Assembly: GCF_036321535.1 (NCBI RefSeq)
Contig: NC_087436.1
Span: forward strand, 26,290,001 to 26,354,000
Direction: 5' to 3'
DNA: 64,000 nucleotides
DNA from: Camelus dromedarius
Lineage: Eukaryota
The position numbers and the translations under genes are program-made. The notes under the pieces are model-generated. The model saw nothing but the letters and a program-made list of their open reading frames with translations, searched no databases and was not told the origin of the DNA. Shown in pieces: positions 47,394 through 60,922 of this stretch; the first letter of the stretch is position 1; the number at the start of each line of letters is the position of its first letter.

Positions 47394-48344
47394 CGTTGCT
47401 GGTTGAATTCTGTGTCTCCCTACCCTACTCCAAGTTGCTGTGTTGGAGTCCTAACCCTCAGCATCTCAGAACATGGTTTTATTTGGAGATAGGATCTCTT
47501 TCAGATATAATCAAGTTAAAATGAGGTCATTAAGGTGGCCCTGATCCCATATGAGTGGATTCCTTGTAAAATAGGGGAATTTATAGATAGACATACAAAC
47601 AGAAAAAAAGCCATGTGAATATGAAGGGAGAGATGGGTGATATTTCTACATGACGAAGATTGCCAACAACCTTCAGAAGTCAGAGGGGATGCATGGAGCT
47701 GATTCTTTTCTCAGCCTTCGAAAAGATCTAAACCCACTTGTTACTGAGTCCAAGCTCATACCGCTCAACACATGACAGACCAGTAAATTGAGAGATGAGT
47801 TATTGGGGCAAGGCATAGCAAATTTACTGGGGAAGCTAGCATATTGAGAAGATGGTGAAATATCCCAAAGAACAGCCTTACCCAAGTTAGAATTCAGGCT
47901 TCTTTTGTACTAAAGGGAATAGAGGCGTGGTTGGTTGTTGCAAACTTCTTGGTGCCAGAATCCTTTGTTCTTACAGCTGGTCACAATATTCCTATAAACG
48001 TCCAACAAGACCATTGTTCTTTTCTGTTCTGCAACTTTTTATCTCTACATGAATAGAAAAATGTTATCTTTCAAGGTAAGAGCCTCAAGAATGCGCTGTC
48101 ATGTATATTCAGGCTATAGGCAGCATTCTTCTACAAAGGTAAAGAACCAGCATGACTAAGCACAGGCAAGGGTTAGATTTAAAAGAATAGATCCAATATG
48201 GAGTCAGGTTTGTTCTTCTCCATTACATGCTGACACATTGATTTGGCACTTCTAGAGTCCAGAACTGTGAAACAATAAATTTCTGTTTGTTTAAGCCACT
48301 TTGTTTATGGTACTTTGTTGAGGCAGCTCTAGCAAACTAATATA
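47394..48344 (+). mobile_element. MaLR LTR (MLT1B/C-like) interrupted by an ERV1 LTR
   Basis: TTATTTGGAGATAGGATCT...AAGTTAAAATGAGGTCAT; resumes GACACATTGATTTGGCACTTCTAGAGTCCAGAACTGTGA...AGCAAACTAATATA. Confidence 0.88.
47739..48227 (-). mobile_element. ERV1-type solo LTR nested in MLT1
   Basis: TGTTACTGAGTCCAAGCTC...ATGGAGTCAGGTTTGTTCTTCTCCATTACA; 4-bp TSD CACT/TGCT. Confidence 0.85.
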
Positions 48345-50384
48345 AATTAGATGCAGAGCTTTAAAGAAGAAAATAGAGATGGACTAATTTTGTTGTTGAT
48401 TTTCCTTTAACATAATCACTTGTTCCCTCCAAGAATTTTGTTTCTTACCTCTAATTGATTCAAGTAAAAAATTAATCAATGATTTGGGTCACCTTCGATT
48501 TTACTTAACATTACCTTTCACACTGACTTTGGAAGGTGGGGGGCGGGGTAATTCCTCTTTGGCCCCGTGTTGACACGTTCACTAACTGGAGCTTTTGATG
48601 ATTAACACCACTCATCAGGGTGCCTCCTTCCTGCTCAGGTATCATAAAGGTCTCCTGCAGCTCGCAGCAGTGACATACTAATTCAGTACCTTAGCAAAAT
48701 TAGCAGCAGGAAACAAACCTTTTGTAATTTTCTTCCTTTATAAATAGCATTGTTCATTCAGTAAAGGATAGCAGTTCCTGCTGTAATTGTTTCTCCACTG
48801 AAAAGTCACATTTTTCCATCAGTCTTAAAAATCAATCAAAATGAATGCACATACAATTAGCCAGCCTACTGAGAAAGGGAACATTCCTTTTACTTCGGAA
48901 CTTTTCTGATTTCATCTCAGAGTGGGTCTATTGTGCAGGCATTTTTTAGGAAGCATTCAATACATCTTATGTGCCATTGGAGAGGGTGGAACAACAGATG
49001 TAGCATGGGTGAGCCTATGCCACTGTCTTATTTATCTCAAAAAATGATTTTTTTCCTCAATGAAACAGTTAATTTTAATACCATTTGAATGTGGAATTTG
49101 GGAATTTGTTTCCCAAAGGTGAATACAAAAATTACAAACCAAAACTAGTGTTATGCATAGAAGGCAAGTGTATAGAAATGGTAAATTCTTAGTATAGAAG
49201 GAACTTCACCTCAAGCATCCTCTGAAGTAGTGTAATACATCATCTTCAAAACTGACTGAAAGTTTAATGGACATAGACCTTAGTAATTTAAGAGCATAGC
49301 AATTTTTATGATTTTGCAGTTGCTGTGGGGAAAAAATTATCAAATTTGTTGTCATTTCTCCTTAATCATAATTCCAAGTAAATAAAATTGGGAAAAAAGT
49401 GTGTCTGTATATAGACAATAATAAAGTGATCAAAATAATTTTTATACAAATAACAAGGAAAACATTCAGAACAAAACATAGAAACACAAAATTTGGAGAT
49501 GAGGGAGAAAATAAATGACAACATGTATCAGGATACTTAATGCTATATATAGAATTACGAAATGTTATGTTGTATAATTTCACGGTATAGCAGAAGTCCA
49601 TCATGAGTCTTAATTGAGCTCTTTGCTGCGTTGCAAACATGTCTGGACTTCTGGAAGTGAACTGACAATGTGACTGGGCAGAAGTTCCAGCAAAAGAGAT
49701 TGGAAGCCCCTTGGAAAGAAATAGTCTGTCTTGGGGAAAAAAATTTCTCTCCAAGGGAGTGTGTCTTGTACACCTGCCTATAATGACATTATAGATTATA
49801 GATTTCAAATTCCTTCGGTTTTATACATGCCAGCTGTTAATTAAAATTCACATTTGTTCCCTACCTTGAATATACTGTGCCCAGCCTCCTATGGGCTCAT
49901 GATTAACTTTAAAATTGAGTCAAGTTTATTTTAAAAACAATGAAAAATGTATTTTTTATTTCAGTGATATATCTAGAGAAAAATTAATATTGTTTTGCAA
50001 GTCATATAACAGTATAACTGCAAAATATAAGATAAATAATTTCCATATATTGACATGGAACACAACACTGTATTCAAGACTAGTCTGTTGGTTGGGGGTC
50101 CAAGGTGCAGAGGTCAGTCTAATTGTAGCACTTCCTGGTAATGATACTGTCCCTGGTAATGATAGTGTCCCTGATATCCTAGAAGCAAACATCACCAAAC
50201 AATGGAGTTTATGTTTTGTAGAAAGCAGTTCAGAGACAGTCTTCAAGAACATTCAGGGACCAGTTGCTTTGATAAATGGGAGTGGCCAAGAAACAAATAC
50301 TTGTGTTGTGAAACAAGTATTTTTTTCTTTACAATTGATTTTTAAATTGCTGCATTCAATTTTATAATTTCTAATCTTCTGTAA

Positions 50385-52300
50385 GCTTACCTTTAGGAAA
50401 AAAAAAATTCTTAGAGTGGTTTTAGGTTTACAACAAAATTGAGAGAAACATACAGATACTTCCATATAACCCCTGCCCCAACACATGCATACCCACCCCC
50501 AATTATCAATTTTACTCGCCAAAATGATGCTTTTGTTTTTTTTAAACCAAAGATGAACTGAAATGACACATCATCACTAAAGTCTATAGTTCATCTTAGG
50601 GTTCACTCTTGGTGTTGTACATTCTATGGGTTTGGAGAAATGTATAACGTACATCAATTACTATAATGTCAGAAATTAGAGTGTTTTGCCCTAAAAATCC
50701 TCTGAGCTGCACCTGTTCATCTCTGCTCATCACCTCCACCAAACCCTTGCAAACACTGATCTTTTTATTGTCTCCATATTTTTGCCTTTTCCAGAAAGCT
50801 ATACAGTTGGAGTATGTAGGCCTTTTCAGATTGACTTATTTCACTTACTAATATGCATTTAGGTTTCCTGCTTGGTTTTTCATGGCTTGATAGCTCATTT
50901 CTTTTTAGCTCTGAATGATATTCATTGTCTGGATACACCACATTTTATCTGTATACCTACTGAAGGATATCTTGATTGCTTCCAAGTTTTGGCAATTAGG
51001 AATAAAGTTGCTATAGACATCTGTGGGCAGGTTTTTGTGTGGACATAAGTTTTCACCTCCTTTTGGTAAACAAGTGTCAAAGAGCATGATTGCTAGAATG
51101 CATGGAGTTGGTGAGTTGTGTAAGAAATCACCAAACTGTCTTCCAAAATAGCTGTATTGTTTGCATTCTCACCCATTCTTATTCTCAGCAATGAATGAAA
51201 GTTCCTATTGTTGCACATACTTGCCAGCATTTGATGTTGTCAGTGTTCCAGATTTGGTCATTATAATAAGTATTTAATGGTATCTTATCTTGTCTTAATT
51301 TGCATTTTCCTGATGTCATATGATATGATCTTTCCATGTGCTCATTTTTCTTCCCTAGCTTTTCTTTGGTGAGGCATCTGTTAAGTTCTTTGGCCCATTT
51401 TAAAATCAGTTTTCTGTTTTAGTATTGTTGAGTTTTAAGAGTTCTTTGTGTAATTTGAATAACAGTCCTTTATCAAAAGTGTCTTTTGCAAATATTTTCT
51501 ACCATTATGTGTCTTGTCTTCTTATTCTCTTGACATTATCTCTCAGAGAGAAAAGGTTTTGTTTGTTTTGTTTTGTTTTTCATGACATCCAATGTATCAA
51601 TTATTTCTTTCATAGATTTTGTCTTTACTGTGTTTTATCTAAAAAAAATCATTGCTATAGCCAAGGTCATCTAGGTTTCCTCCTGTTATCTTGTTATCTT
51701 CTGGGGGTTTTATAGTTTTGTCTTCATTTATGTCTAGGTCCATTTGGAGTTAATTTTTGTGAAGAGTGTAAGGTCTCTGTCCAAATTCTTTTTTGGGGGA
51801 GATGTAGATATTCAGTTATGCCAGCACTATTTGTTGAAAAGACTGACTATCTTTGCTCCATTGTATTGCTTTTGCTCCTTTTATCATATTTACGGAGTTC
51901 TATTTCTGGGTTCTCTACTCTGTTTTACTAACAGTCTATTCTTTTGCCAGCACAACACTTTCTTGATTATAATAGCTATATAGTAAATTTTGAAGTCAAA
52001 TAGCATCAGTTCTCCAACTTTGTTCTTCTTAATATTCTTCATCCTCATCATCTCAGGCTTTATACACGGAATCCCCCAAATGGAGGGGGTGAGGGTTTTC
52101 TACTCCTCCCTAGAATGGGTGGGTGTAGGAGAAAGGTTTGTATTAAGGAAAATTAAATTTCATAACAAGTTTCTCTTAAACAAAACAAAACAAAACAAAA
52201 CAAAAAGAGCATCTACTTTTTGCCTCTCCATATGAACCTTAGCATTGATTGTTTGATATCCATAAATTAACTTGCTGGGGTTTTGATTGGGATTGCATGA
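50385..52300 (-). mobile_element. L1MC1-like 3'UTR and ORF2 3' part
   Basis: AGGGTTCACTCTTGGTGTTGTACATTCTATGGGTTTGG, GCCCTAAAAATCCTCTG, TTGCTTCCAAGTTTTGGCAATT, CCAGCACTATTTGTTGAAAAGACT. Confidence 0.9.
52037..52206 (+). pseudogene. Short polyadenylated non-L1 insert (probable retrocopied mRNA 3' end)
   Basis: Interrupts L1MC1; ATTAAA at 52152-52157, 20 nt before an (AAAAC)n tail at 52178-52206. Confidence 0.55.
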
Positions 52301-52350
52301 CTTACCTTACTTTTATGCTTAAAAAAACAATCAATAAAGGCAATATTATA

Positions 52351-52562
52351 CAGTTGACTCTTGTACAGCATGAGTTTGAACTGTGCATTTCCACTTATAT
52401 GAAGATGTTTTCAACAATAAATACTACGATACTACATGATCTGAGGTTGGTTCAGTAGGATGCAGAACTGTAAATATGGAGCATAACTACAAGTTATGCT
52501 CGGATTTTCTACTGCCCAGGGAGTCAGCACCCCTAAACCCCACGTTGTTCAAGGGCCAACAG
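52351..52562 (+). mobile_element. Tigger2/MER8-like MITE
   Basis: TIRs CAGTTGACTCTTGTACAGCATG / CACGTTGTTCAAGGGCCAACAG with TA duplications at 52349-50 and 52563-64. Confidence 0.88.
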
Positions 52563-55339
52563 TACTAGAAGACTTTCAGAAAGAATAGTTGAATCTTACT
52601 GCTGAGTTGAGAAGAAATGAAAGAACTGCTCTATGACAATAAACTCTCTTCTTCATAGAATATCATCTAAAATTAGAAAATACGGCTACATTCCAGAACT
52701 ATTTGGTGAATGTCAACTGAAAACCTTCAAAACATTGAGACTGTTCAGGATCAGTATAGTATTATTCCATTGTGTTTGTATCATGTATTTCTGGATTATG
52801 CCAAAATAGGTAATTCCTCTGAACTACATGGTTGTTTTGGTTTCATGCAAACTTACCTTGCTAAAGGGACCCCCTGTATATGCTCTCTTGTGATTAAGTT
52901 GGATTGTTATTTACTAGTACTAAAGGCATATTAAATTCTAAAAACAGATTTTACCTATCAAGTTAAGAGAAATGATATCATGCATTTAAAATAGGGGAGT
53001 AGACATGCAATTTTTTGTTCAAACTTGACACATATATTTTAACTGTCATTTCTTGCTCATAAATGATACCCTCTAACGGAGGCAATTTACTTCATCAAGG
53101 CAATAGTGTAACTACTAATGTGTTTAAACTCCAATGATCAAATTTACCAAAGAGAAAAAGTACCTACGAAGGTTGCAAACAAGCCTTCTTATAGACTAAG
53201 TAAGAATGACTTGCTATTAATATTATTTTTATTTTGTTTTGGACCTGTTGAATTGAGCAAAATAACATGAATGAGGTTCTAGCTGAGATTATTTATTCAA
53301 GCAAAAACAGAATTAGAAAGGGCGGTGACACATACATCATTGCCACTGTTAGAAACAGCTTTGAAAATTCAGTCTCAGTTGAGTATATTAAACTCTATGA
53401 ATGACTGGGCAGACAAAATTATAGTCCACTCAGATAATTATAGTTCACAGTCATATCTAATGGGATCTGCATAAATCAGTGTATTGTTGGCCACAAAGTA
53501 TATTTATACTTGTCAAATTATTGTAATTGGACATTTATAAAGGACCATTTCAATTCATAAACATGACTTATTAAATGAATATTTATAAAGTACTTGTTAA
53601 AGAAAATAAATTTACTCAGGTAATTTTGAACTGTGATTTTACAGCATCTAATATAAAACCATCTCTTACTAAGGAAACCTCTACTAAGTATCTGTTGATG
53701 ACAAAGCTTAAAATTAGATAGAGAAATGTAGGAACCTTTAAGCAGCTCACAGGGTAAAATATTTCATAACATCTATGTAACACAAAAGACATTAATGTAA
53801 ATTTAAATTCTAAACTGTGGGACTAATTTTTGTGGAAGGAATAGAATCAAGATGATACACATTGGTACACAGATGCATACTCCATACTTCTACTTACATA
53901 AAGCCTGACGGAGAATGCTGCCTATATTGTAGAACCTCCCCCCAAATTTGAGTAATAATTTATTATAAAAACTATTAGGAATTATGAATTTAAATAAAGC
54001 TTTTAGACTACCACATATTCTTCTTTGGAAACCTCATTTTTTGAACATGAATTCTTTTTCATCTTATTCAGTATTACTCTATTAGTCAAATTAATATTAC
54101 AAAACAGATGCTTTTCAAAGAGTCTTTGACTGTTACGGGCATTACTTGTTTTGGAGTGTAAGTAGTCAATATAAAGACCCAATTCCTTATTCTTTGATTA
54201 GCTGTCTTTATGCTGCATCTATTTCTGTTCATCTGATGATTATTCTGTATGCCGTGGACAACATTACTGGAAAATGCATTCTCATTTACTGCCAGGACAG
54301 GAACCACAAAACTCTTCCTAGCTTCTGCATCTGTTGAGTTGGGCTAGACCACCAGAAGCTAAGATGTCTCCCATAAAAATAAACCCATGACAGAGAAGAT
54401 TTTGTGGCCTATTTATTCCTGCTTTCTTTCCAGCATGGGGTCAACTTTATTCTCCTTTGGTCTTCCAAGGCTAACTATCTCCTCTAGGTTGCTCAGGATT
54501 GCAGTAACCTAGCAGCTGGTTGAGAAGGAACAAGGGCATCCAAGGGCAAGTTATGTGAGTCAGAAGAACATATACCCCTTTTAGTTCTGGGTATAACCCA
54601 TTTATTCTTATTGACAAAACTTACTCTTCTACTCAACTCTACCTGAGTAGAGTGGTCCAGTTGTGTTGTTGAGAAATACATTTTCTCCTACATGTACAAC
54701 AAAGCTAACCTCTTCAGGAGGAAATACAGTTTTGACTTCCCTCTAGAGACTGGAAAGTCATCCTAACAACCTACTTAAATTAGGAATTCCTTGTTCTTCC
54801 CTGATAGGAGCATATGCTTTCACAGTTGTAATTACTACCTACTCTGTCTTAGAACATCTTTCCCATTTTTCTTCAACTGCTTAATTTTTTCTTATCCTTC
54901 AAGAGTCAATTAAACCAATAATGGTCTTTAAGTCTTTTTCTCTTACAGTTTGTATCAGATACTCTTCTCTGAAAGGTTTGCATGTTAGTAATGAAACTTT
55001 TTATAGTATTTTAAAAAAACTACATTCCCAACTTAACTGTGGGATCCTGTGTCCAGAAGCCTAGGTCATTAAACACTATATTCTCAATGCCTACATCTAA
55101 TCAACACATCTTTAGTATATGAAGGGATTATGATAACTCTTACAAAAACCTTGATTCCTAAGAAAAATATTTCACCTATTCTAAAACTTGAATATAGTTC
55201 CGATGTTGCATCAGCCAATTAAGACAAATTGTCTAAATCTGCAGGTGATGAAAGAGAAGCAATTGATTCAGAAAAGGACACATGGGCAGAGGACTAGAAG
55301 GGAAAGTTAGATCATGTTATCTATCAGGACAAAAATCTC

Positions 55340-56880
55340 TCAGTGCCTTCCTGTATTTCAATCTGTAGTTACCTGTACACTTCCCTATACTCTATCCTGT
55401 ATTGTAAGGGATAGAAGGCCAAGTACTATTTTTATCACTCTCTTTCTTCAAGGATTCTCAATGTGATAAACATTCTGCCAACCCGATTTATTCATATTAG
55501 ATTTTGAGATAGAAAAAAAATTTTAAATACATTGCTTTCTTTCACAGTGGCAGCACACAAATACATGGGCTTCACAGAGATGGCATTTTGCAGCAACTTC
55601 TAGATCTTTCCCCTTTGAGTGCCCTGGAACCCTATTAAAATAAAACATTCAGGATGTGAAAGAAGTTGGTTTTTGCAGAAGCATTGCAAGCATTGAGGGA
55701 AATAATAATCCATATCCAGGAGGTTTATTTTTATCAGGATGAATCTCTGGCCTCTCCATACTGAAAAGAATCTCCTATAATTATCCTGCTACCAGGTGAC
55801 TGTCTGGTTTCCCTGGGACATAAAGCCCTATTAATGAGTCAGTGTTGACCTTTGCTGTTGTCTGGTTAGACACTCAGCAGCAGTGGTGGTGGCAGCAGGT
55901 GAGCCTTGCTGAGGGAAAGTTCACATTTAAAGCCCGTGTAAAACCTCCACCTGGACTGTCATGGCCACACTGAATATGAGCCAACTGAGCACACCCCAGG
56001 GTGGCAAAGAAGTTACCAGTGAATTCAGACACTGTCAGCTCTGAAAACTCATCTCAGATGTTTCCATTTTGGGTCTGTTTCTCACTGCTTTTGTTGAAAC
56101 ACTGTATTATCTAGTATCCAGCAAAATGTCCAACACAGTATTGTTTAACAATGGGAAAAAGAGGCATAGATCTGAATCATGGGAGATTCTCTCCTTAGAG
56201 AGAATTTTAATACCTCTTAGAGAACTATAAGCACTCACTACAGATGGGATCTACAAAGCCTGACTGAAGATTTAAACCCACCAGCTAAATGCTAGCTGAG
56301 AGAAAAGAAACAAGGAATGATTAGTTGAAGGAGAAAGTAAAATATGCAAACTACAACCCTGTGACCCACTGGAGAAAAGAGAACTTTAAAAAACTATATA
56401 TATTTATATTTTCTTACTTATGTTGTTATGTATATCTTTGTCTATTTAAGTCAACTTCTCTTCACTTAATAATTTACATAGTGTTGTTGTGGTTCATATA
56501 AATTAGTTTTTAGGAACTAAATATATCAAAAAGAAGTTGCAACTGAATTTAAGGAAATCCATCACTCAGGGTTGGATTTGGTGATTGATGATACTTTTGG
56601 TCTCTGTTTGGGGGGAAAAGATTGGGACATCTTTGTATGAAGAAAAGCTCCATTATATTAGAAAGAATCATTTGTTTTTAGCATTGCTGTAGGTTGAAAT
56701 TTTAAATCTTGGCCAAAGTGGCATATACTCTGCTGCCTATTATCTCTTTTGGCACCCAGCATTTGTTCCCAAGTTCTCCTCTGCTCTTCTTTCAATCACA
56801 AGAGATAAAAAGCCTGGTAACTAGATTTTTTTTTTAGACTCCTTTATATCCAGGCTTCAGTGTATGATTTATGTTTGGCA
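55340..56880. mobile_element. Rearranged ERVL remnant (LTR33/41-like flanks, integrase fragments)
   Basis: 55690-56005 on - gives AQLAHIQCGH...AECLTRQQQR...TW*QD...WRGQRFIL (ERVL IN N-terminus/core); 56240-56390 on + gives LAERK...LQPCDPLEKREL* (ERVL IN C-terminus). Confidence 0.7.
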
Positions 56881-56899
56881 CTAGGAGTCTATGTTTTGA

Positions 56900-57112
56900 T
56901 TTGAATCTTTAGTGCATCTCATTATCTAGCATACAATGTATTTTACTTACATATTTTCAGTCTCCCACTCAAGAATGGCAGTTCAAGTTCAACATAAAGA
57001 AAATTTTGTCAGTATCTTTCACTACTACACCTTCAGTACCTAAAACAGTATCTGTCACATATTAGGGGCTCAATAATATTTGCTGATTAAATGATTAATA
57101 AGTGAATGAATA
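56900..57112 (+). mobile_element. L2a 3' end
   Basis: CAGTACCTAAAACAGTATCTGTCACATATTAGGGGCTCAATAATATTTGCTGATTAAATG. Confidence 0.75.
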
Positions 57113-60100
57113 TTAAAGCTAAGAGGAAATATAAGAGAGAAACAATGATTTTATGTGGGATTGCACATTGAACTATTTTAAATAGAACAAGGATCATCTC
57201 AATCTTTTGGTTACTAACGCATATTGAGACATGAACTTGGCTAATTTTTCAGCTCATAATTTCACAAGAATATTCAAATTGTATCAGAATCTATAGCATT
57301 CAAAAAAAAACAAAAAAAGAGAAGAAAAACTGAGATCTTAGGTGAATGTGAAAATAAATTTTTTAAAATTTGCGAAAAAAAGAACGAGGAAATGAAACAC
57401 ATGATTAGAAAAATGGCCAGTGGTTGCATCACTGAATAAGAAGTCATTGATTGCACGGGTTAAACTGAATATAACTAATATCTGTACTAAAGAAAAACGA
57501 CAGTGCAATTCATTACCTGCAATTTTCTTATCCTAAACATTAGATGTTTAAATATTTTACTTTTGCCCTTCTACCTACATCAGAGATGATCCCCTATTAC
57601 TGGTGTTTATGTCTGATTCTCCAAAGGAATTATCAATTCCCAGAGGCAAAGTCTATATATTGGTTATCTTTGTATTTCTCAGGAAACAGTATAGCCCTTC
57701 CTACAGAAGAGGAAAAATACATTTTATTGAACCAAAATGAAAGGAAACATTTGATGTGGCTGAATAGCTAACTAGAAATCCTTTACATTTACAGAATTCA
57801 ATTTCATACCTGCTAATAGCACATTGACAAAGGCCTTATAAAAGTAGCGCAAACAATTAAAAGGGCAAACTTTCAAAACAGCATCATAATTAATGGGTTA
57901 ATAAGTGATTCTTCCTTATGAAGGACATTTGATACTATTTGGTATTCCCATTCAACCGAACACATCCTTGCAAAATAAGCATCAGAATCATCTCTTTCAA
58001 ATTATTTAAATAATTCTTAAATCAAACCATTTTATATTTGAAAATTCTAATATCAAAGTCAATATATATCATTTCAACAAAAATTAACCCCGAAACTGTT
58101 GTCCAGACTTCATGTAATATTCTTTATTTAGACTTGAGAGAGGAAAAGAGTACACACCTGTCTATAGCTTATTATTCAACTTTTGACCTCATTTCTTATT
58201 TTATTTAATTATATATTTTATGTTTATTATGAATCTCTTTTAATATAGATGAGTCTCTTCTCTGCTGTAGTGGCTCATTGAACTGATAGTTTTGACATTT
58301 ATTCCTCAAAAAGCATGCATAAAGTGTCATCATAAAATCTAATTTACAACTGTCCTACATTTGAATACAACTGTTTCCATACACTCGACTTAGTTATACC
58401 ACTTGTTAAATAAATGAGCATGGCATATGTGAGATTTTGTTGATGAAATGTATTCCATGAGAGGCTCAATTGTCAAAGTGTTATCTTCATCAACTTGAGA
58501 TTTCAAAAGCAAAAATCAACAACCTCTTTCATTTTACTTTTTCTGAAGAACAATTTTTGAATACTCATTGTTAGTGAGGATTATACTCTTCATTTCAGAA
58601 AAACAGCATTACTAAAACTGTGCATTTTCAGTATCAGACTCAAGGCTCTTACTTGTTATTGAAATACAACTCTAAATATTATCTATCTATCTATCTGTTA
58701 AATGCTTGCAATCTATATTTATAATGCTAAAATGCCAGGAATTATTGTATCATTATGAACTTTATTAAGTGGCACAAATTTCACTTAAAATATTTCTATC
58801 ACTTGCTAAATATGTTACCAAAAATTTTGAAATGACTGTTGGGTAATTCAGTAAACTGTGTTCTAATTACCTACAATATATTAGAAACACCACAAAAGTT
58901 CTGGTCATCCTGGAGAGACTGAGAAAAAGAGGAAAGAATGCTTGCTTAGGAGCAGAACAGGCTTCTAGTATTGGATCTATTTCTAATAATTTAAAATTGT
59001 GAAGCCTTTATTTACTCTTCTGCAAAATGTAGAGTATAACATTTATCGCTACGCTCTGGGTTATGGTAAGCAGAGATGCTTTCCATATTGTGAGGTGTAC
59101 AAAATGTGTAAAGTAGCATTGCTATGTCATACTTATCTCTGGAGGAGAGCAGGTCAAGTATTGAAGCCCTGCAATGGAATTCTATGCAGCCAAAGGGTAG
59201 AGCAAGGCTTTGGGCAGTTGAAGAAGAGAGCCTGCAATTGGGATTCAGAGGAATGGGAAAGATGTGTACTTAGAGTGGACCTCCAGACAAATTTTCTCCT
59301 TCTCTTTCTTATGCGCACATGCTTCTGACCTGGATGTACCTAACTTCCCACCTTCCGTTCAGATGTTTCAAACCAGAAATCTCTGGACATTTCACAGCAT
59401 TTCTCTTTATCTTACTACCACGTTGAATCATTTACCAAGTCCTATCAATTTTATCTCTTGGAAGTTGATTTTTACTATTTAATACAAAAACACTTGTAAA
59501 GCCTATATTATTTTAATATCTTATATTATTATTTACCATGATGTTAACCTAATTTAATCATGTATATGTGTGCAGCGTATTGTTTTAATCCATTGATCTA
59601 AGTTCTCCCCCAAACTCCGCAGCTCAAATATTAGTCTTGCTGTGAAAATAAAATACACAAATCATTTCATTTCATAATGCAATGTTGTCAGGTATATGTT
59701 TATATATATAAAAGACAAAGTAATTTAAAACTGAAATAGAAGCAGCACTTTATAAAAGCACATTTTACTTAAAAGAGAATATTTGTTCACTGTCAAGAGG
59801 CTGGCATAGATGAATTAATATATTTTTGTATATTTAATTTCTGTGATCCTGTGAGGTCTGACAGTTATTAAACAAGTAATTAAGAGGCATTACATAATAA
59901 CATTTAACTTACACTCACATATGATGTTTAGCTTAAAATGTAATTGCATCATGGTTATCATAAAGACATTTAGAGTCCAATTTCAGGAAATAGTATGTAT
60001 GTGAACTTAAAATATGGCAATTTTTAAGACAGCTTTTTTAACATAAAAAACCTGAATATATTTATAATTAGTGCTGTGGTGAAACCCTGTTAGTATTTTT

Positions 60101-60489
60101 ATCCTAAATCAAATGTATTAATTAGTCTAAATTTACAATAAAAACCTCCTAAATTTTGAATTTTTAAGCCCTTAATAACTTTTTAGAGAATTGTAATCAG
60201 AGCCTTATTATGTGTCTGTTGAAGCTAATGCAACATCAGTGTAACATACTCTGTTCATTTAGCTTGTTTTCATGATAAAAGCATCTAACTATATTTTGAG
60301 CTCTTGGTGCTAGGAATTCAAAAGACTATAAAAATATTTGCAATATAATCATCTGTTTTAAAAGTTATGGGCCATTTAAACTTCCAGCGTCATTTTTGAA
60401 TTTGTTGTTTTTTCAATTGTTGTGATGCATTCAGTATCAATGAATTGTAGTAGCGGATTTTAATAATTTAGTTTACATCATGTGCTATA

Positions 60490-60871
60490 CTGAAGGAGAA
60501 TCACAAGAGAAGTGCCCATGCTATTTCCTAAAGCTCCTCCTCTGTATTCCTCAATTCTGTCACTGAAACTTAAAATTAGAGAGTATCTTTCATATGCCTC
60601 ATTTGATTTTATTTCTGGAATATGTCTTGTGTCTGTTTTGAACTTACCCTCCTCTTTAATTTGGATCTCATCACTTCTCAATTCTACTCTTGTCTGAGCT
60701 TCAAAGCTTCTTTTCTTCAATCCATCCTTCCTCTGCCACTTTCTTATTAGAGCTTTAATACTTTTATGTCAGTCTTTTGCTCAAAATCTCTTTTAAGCTT
60801 TCCTCCAAGCCTTACTGGAAAACAAGTAAATAAATAAAGCTCATAGTCTAACCCCGATGCTCCCTGCCCCT

Positions 60872-60922
<51 letters not shown>

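Noticed and set aside
49362..49808. 148-aa minus ORF and overlapping 72-aa ORF
   Set aside because: Non-ATG starts, low-complexity hydrophobic tail from AT-rich DNA, no recognised domain.
49915..50367. 150-aa plus ORF with repeated PGND(T/S)V
   Set aside because: The repeat is a local 18-bp tandem duplication (50134-50169); non-ATG start, no convincing splice sites, no recognisable homology.
52659..52860. Plus-strand acceptor/donor pair (52659-52809) and a strong minus-strand donor AAG|gtaagt at ~52857
   Set aside because: All plus frames contain stops; isolated splice-like motifs are expected by chance.
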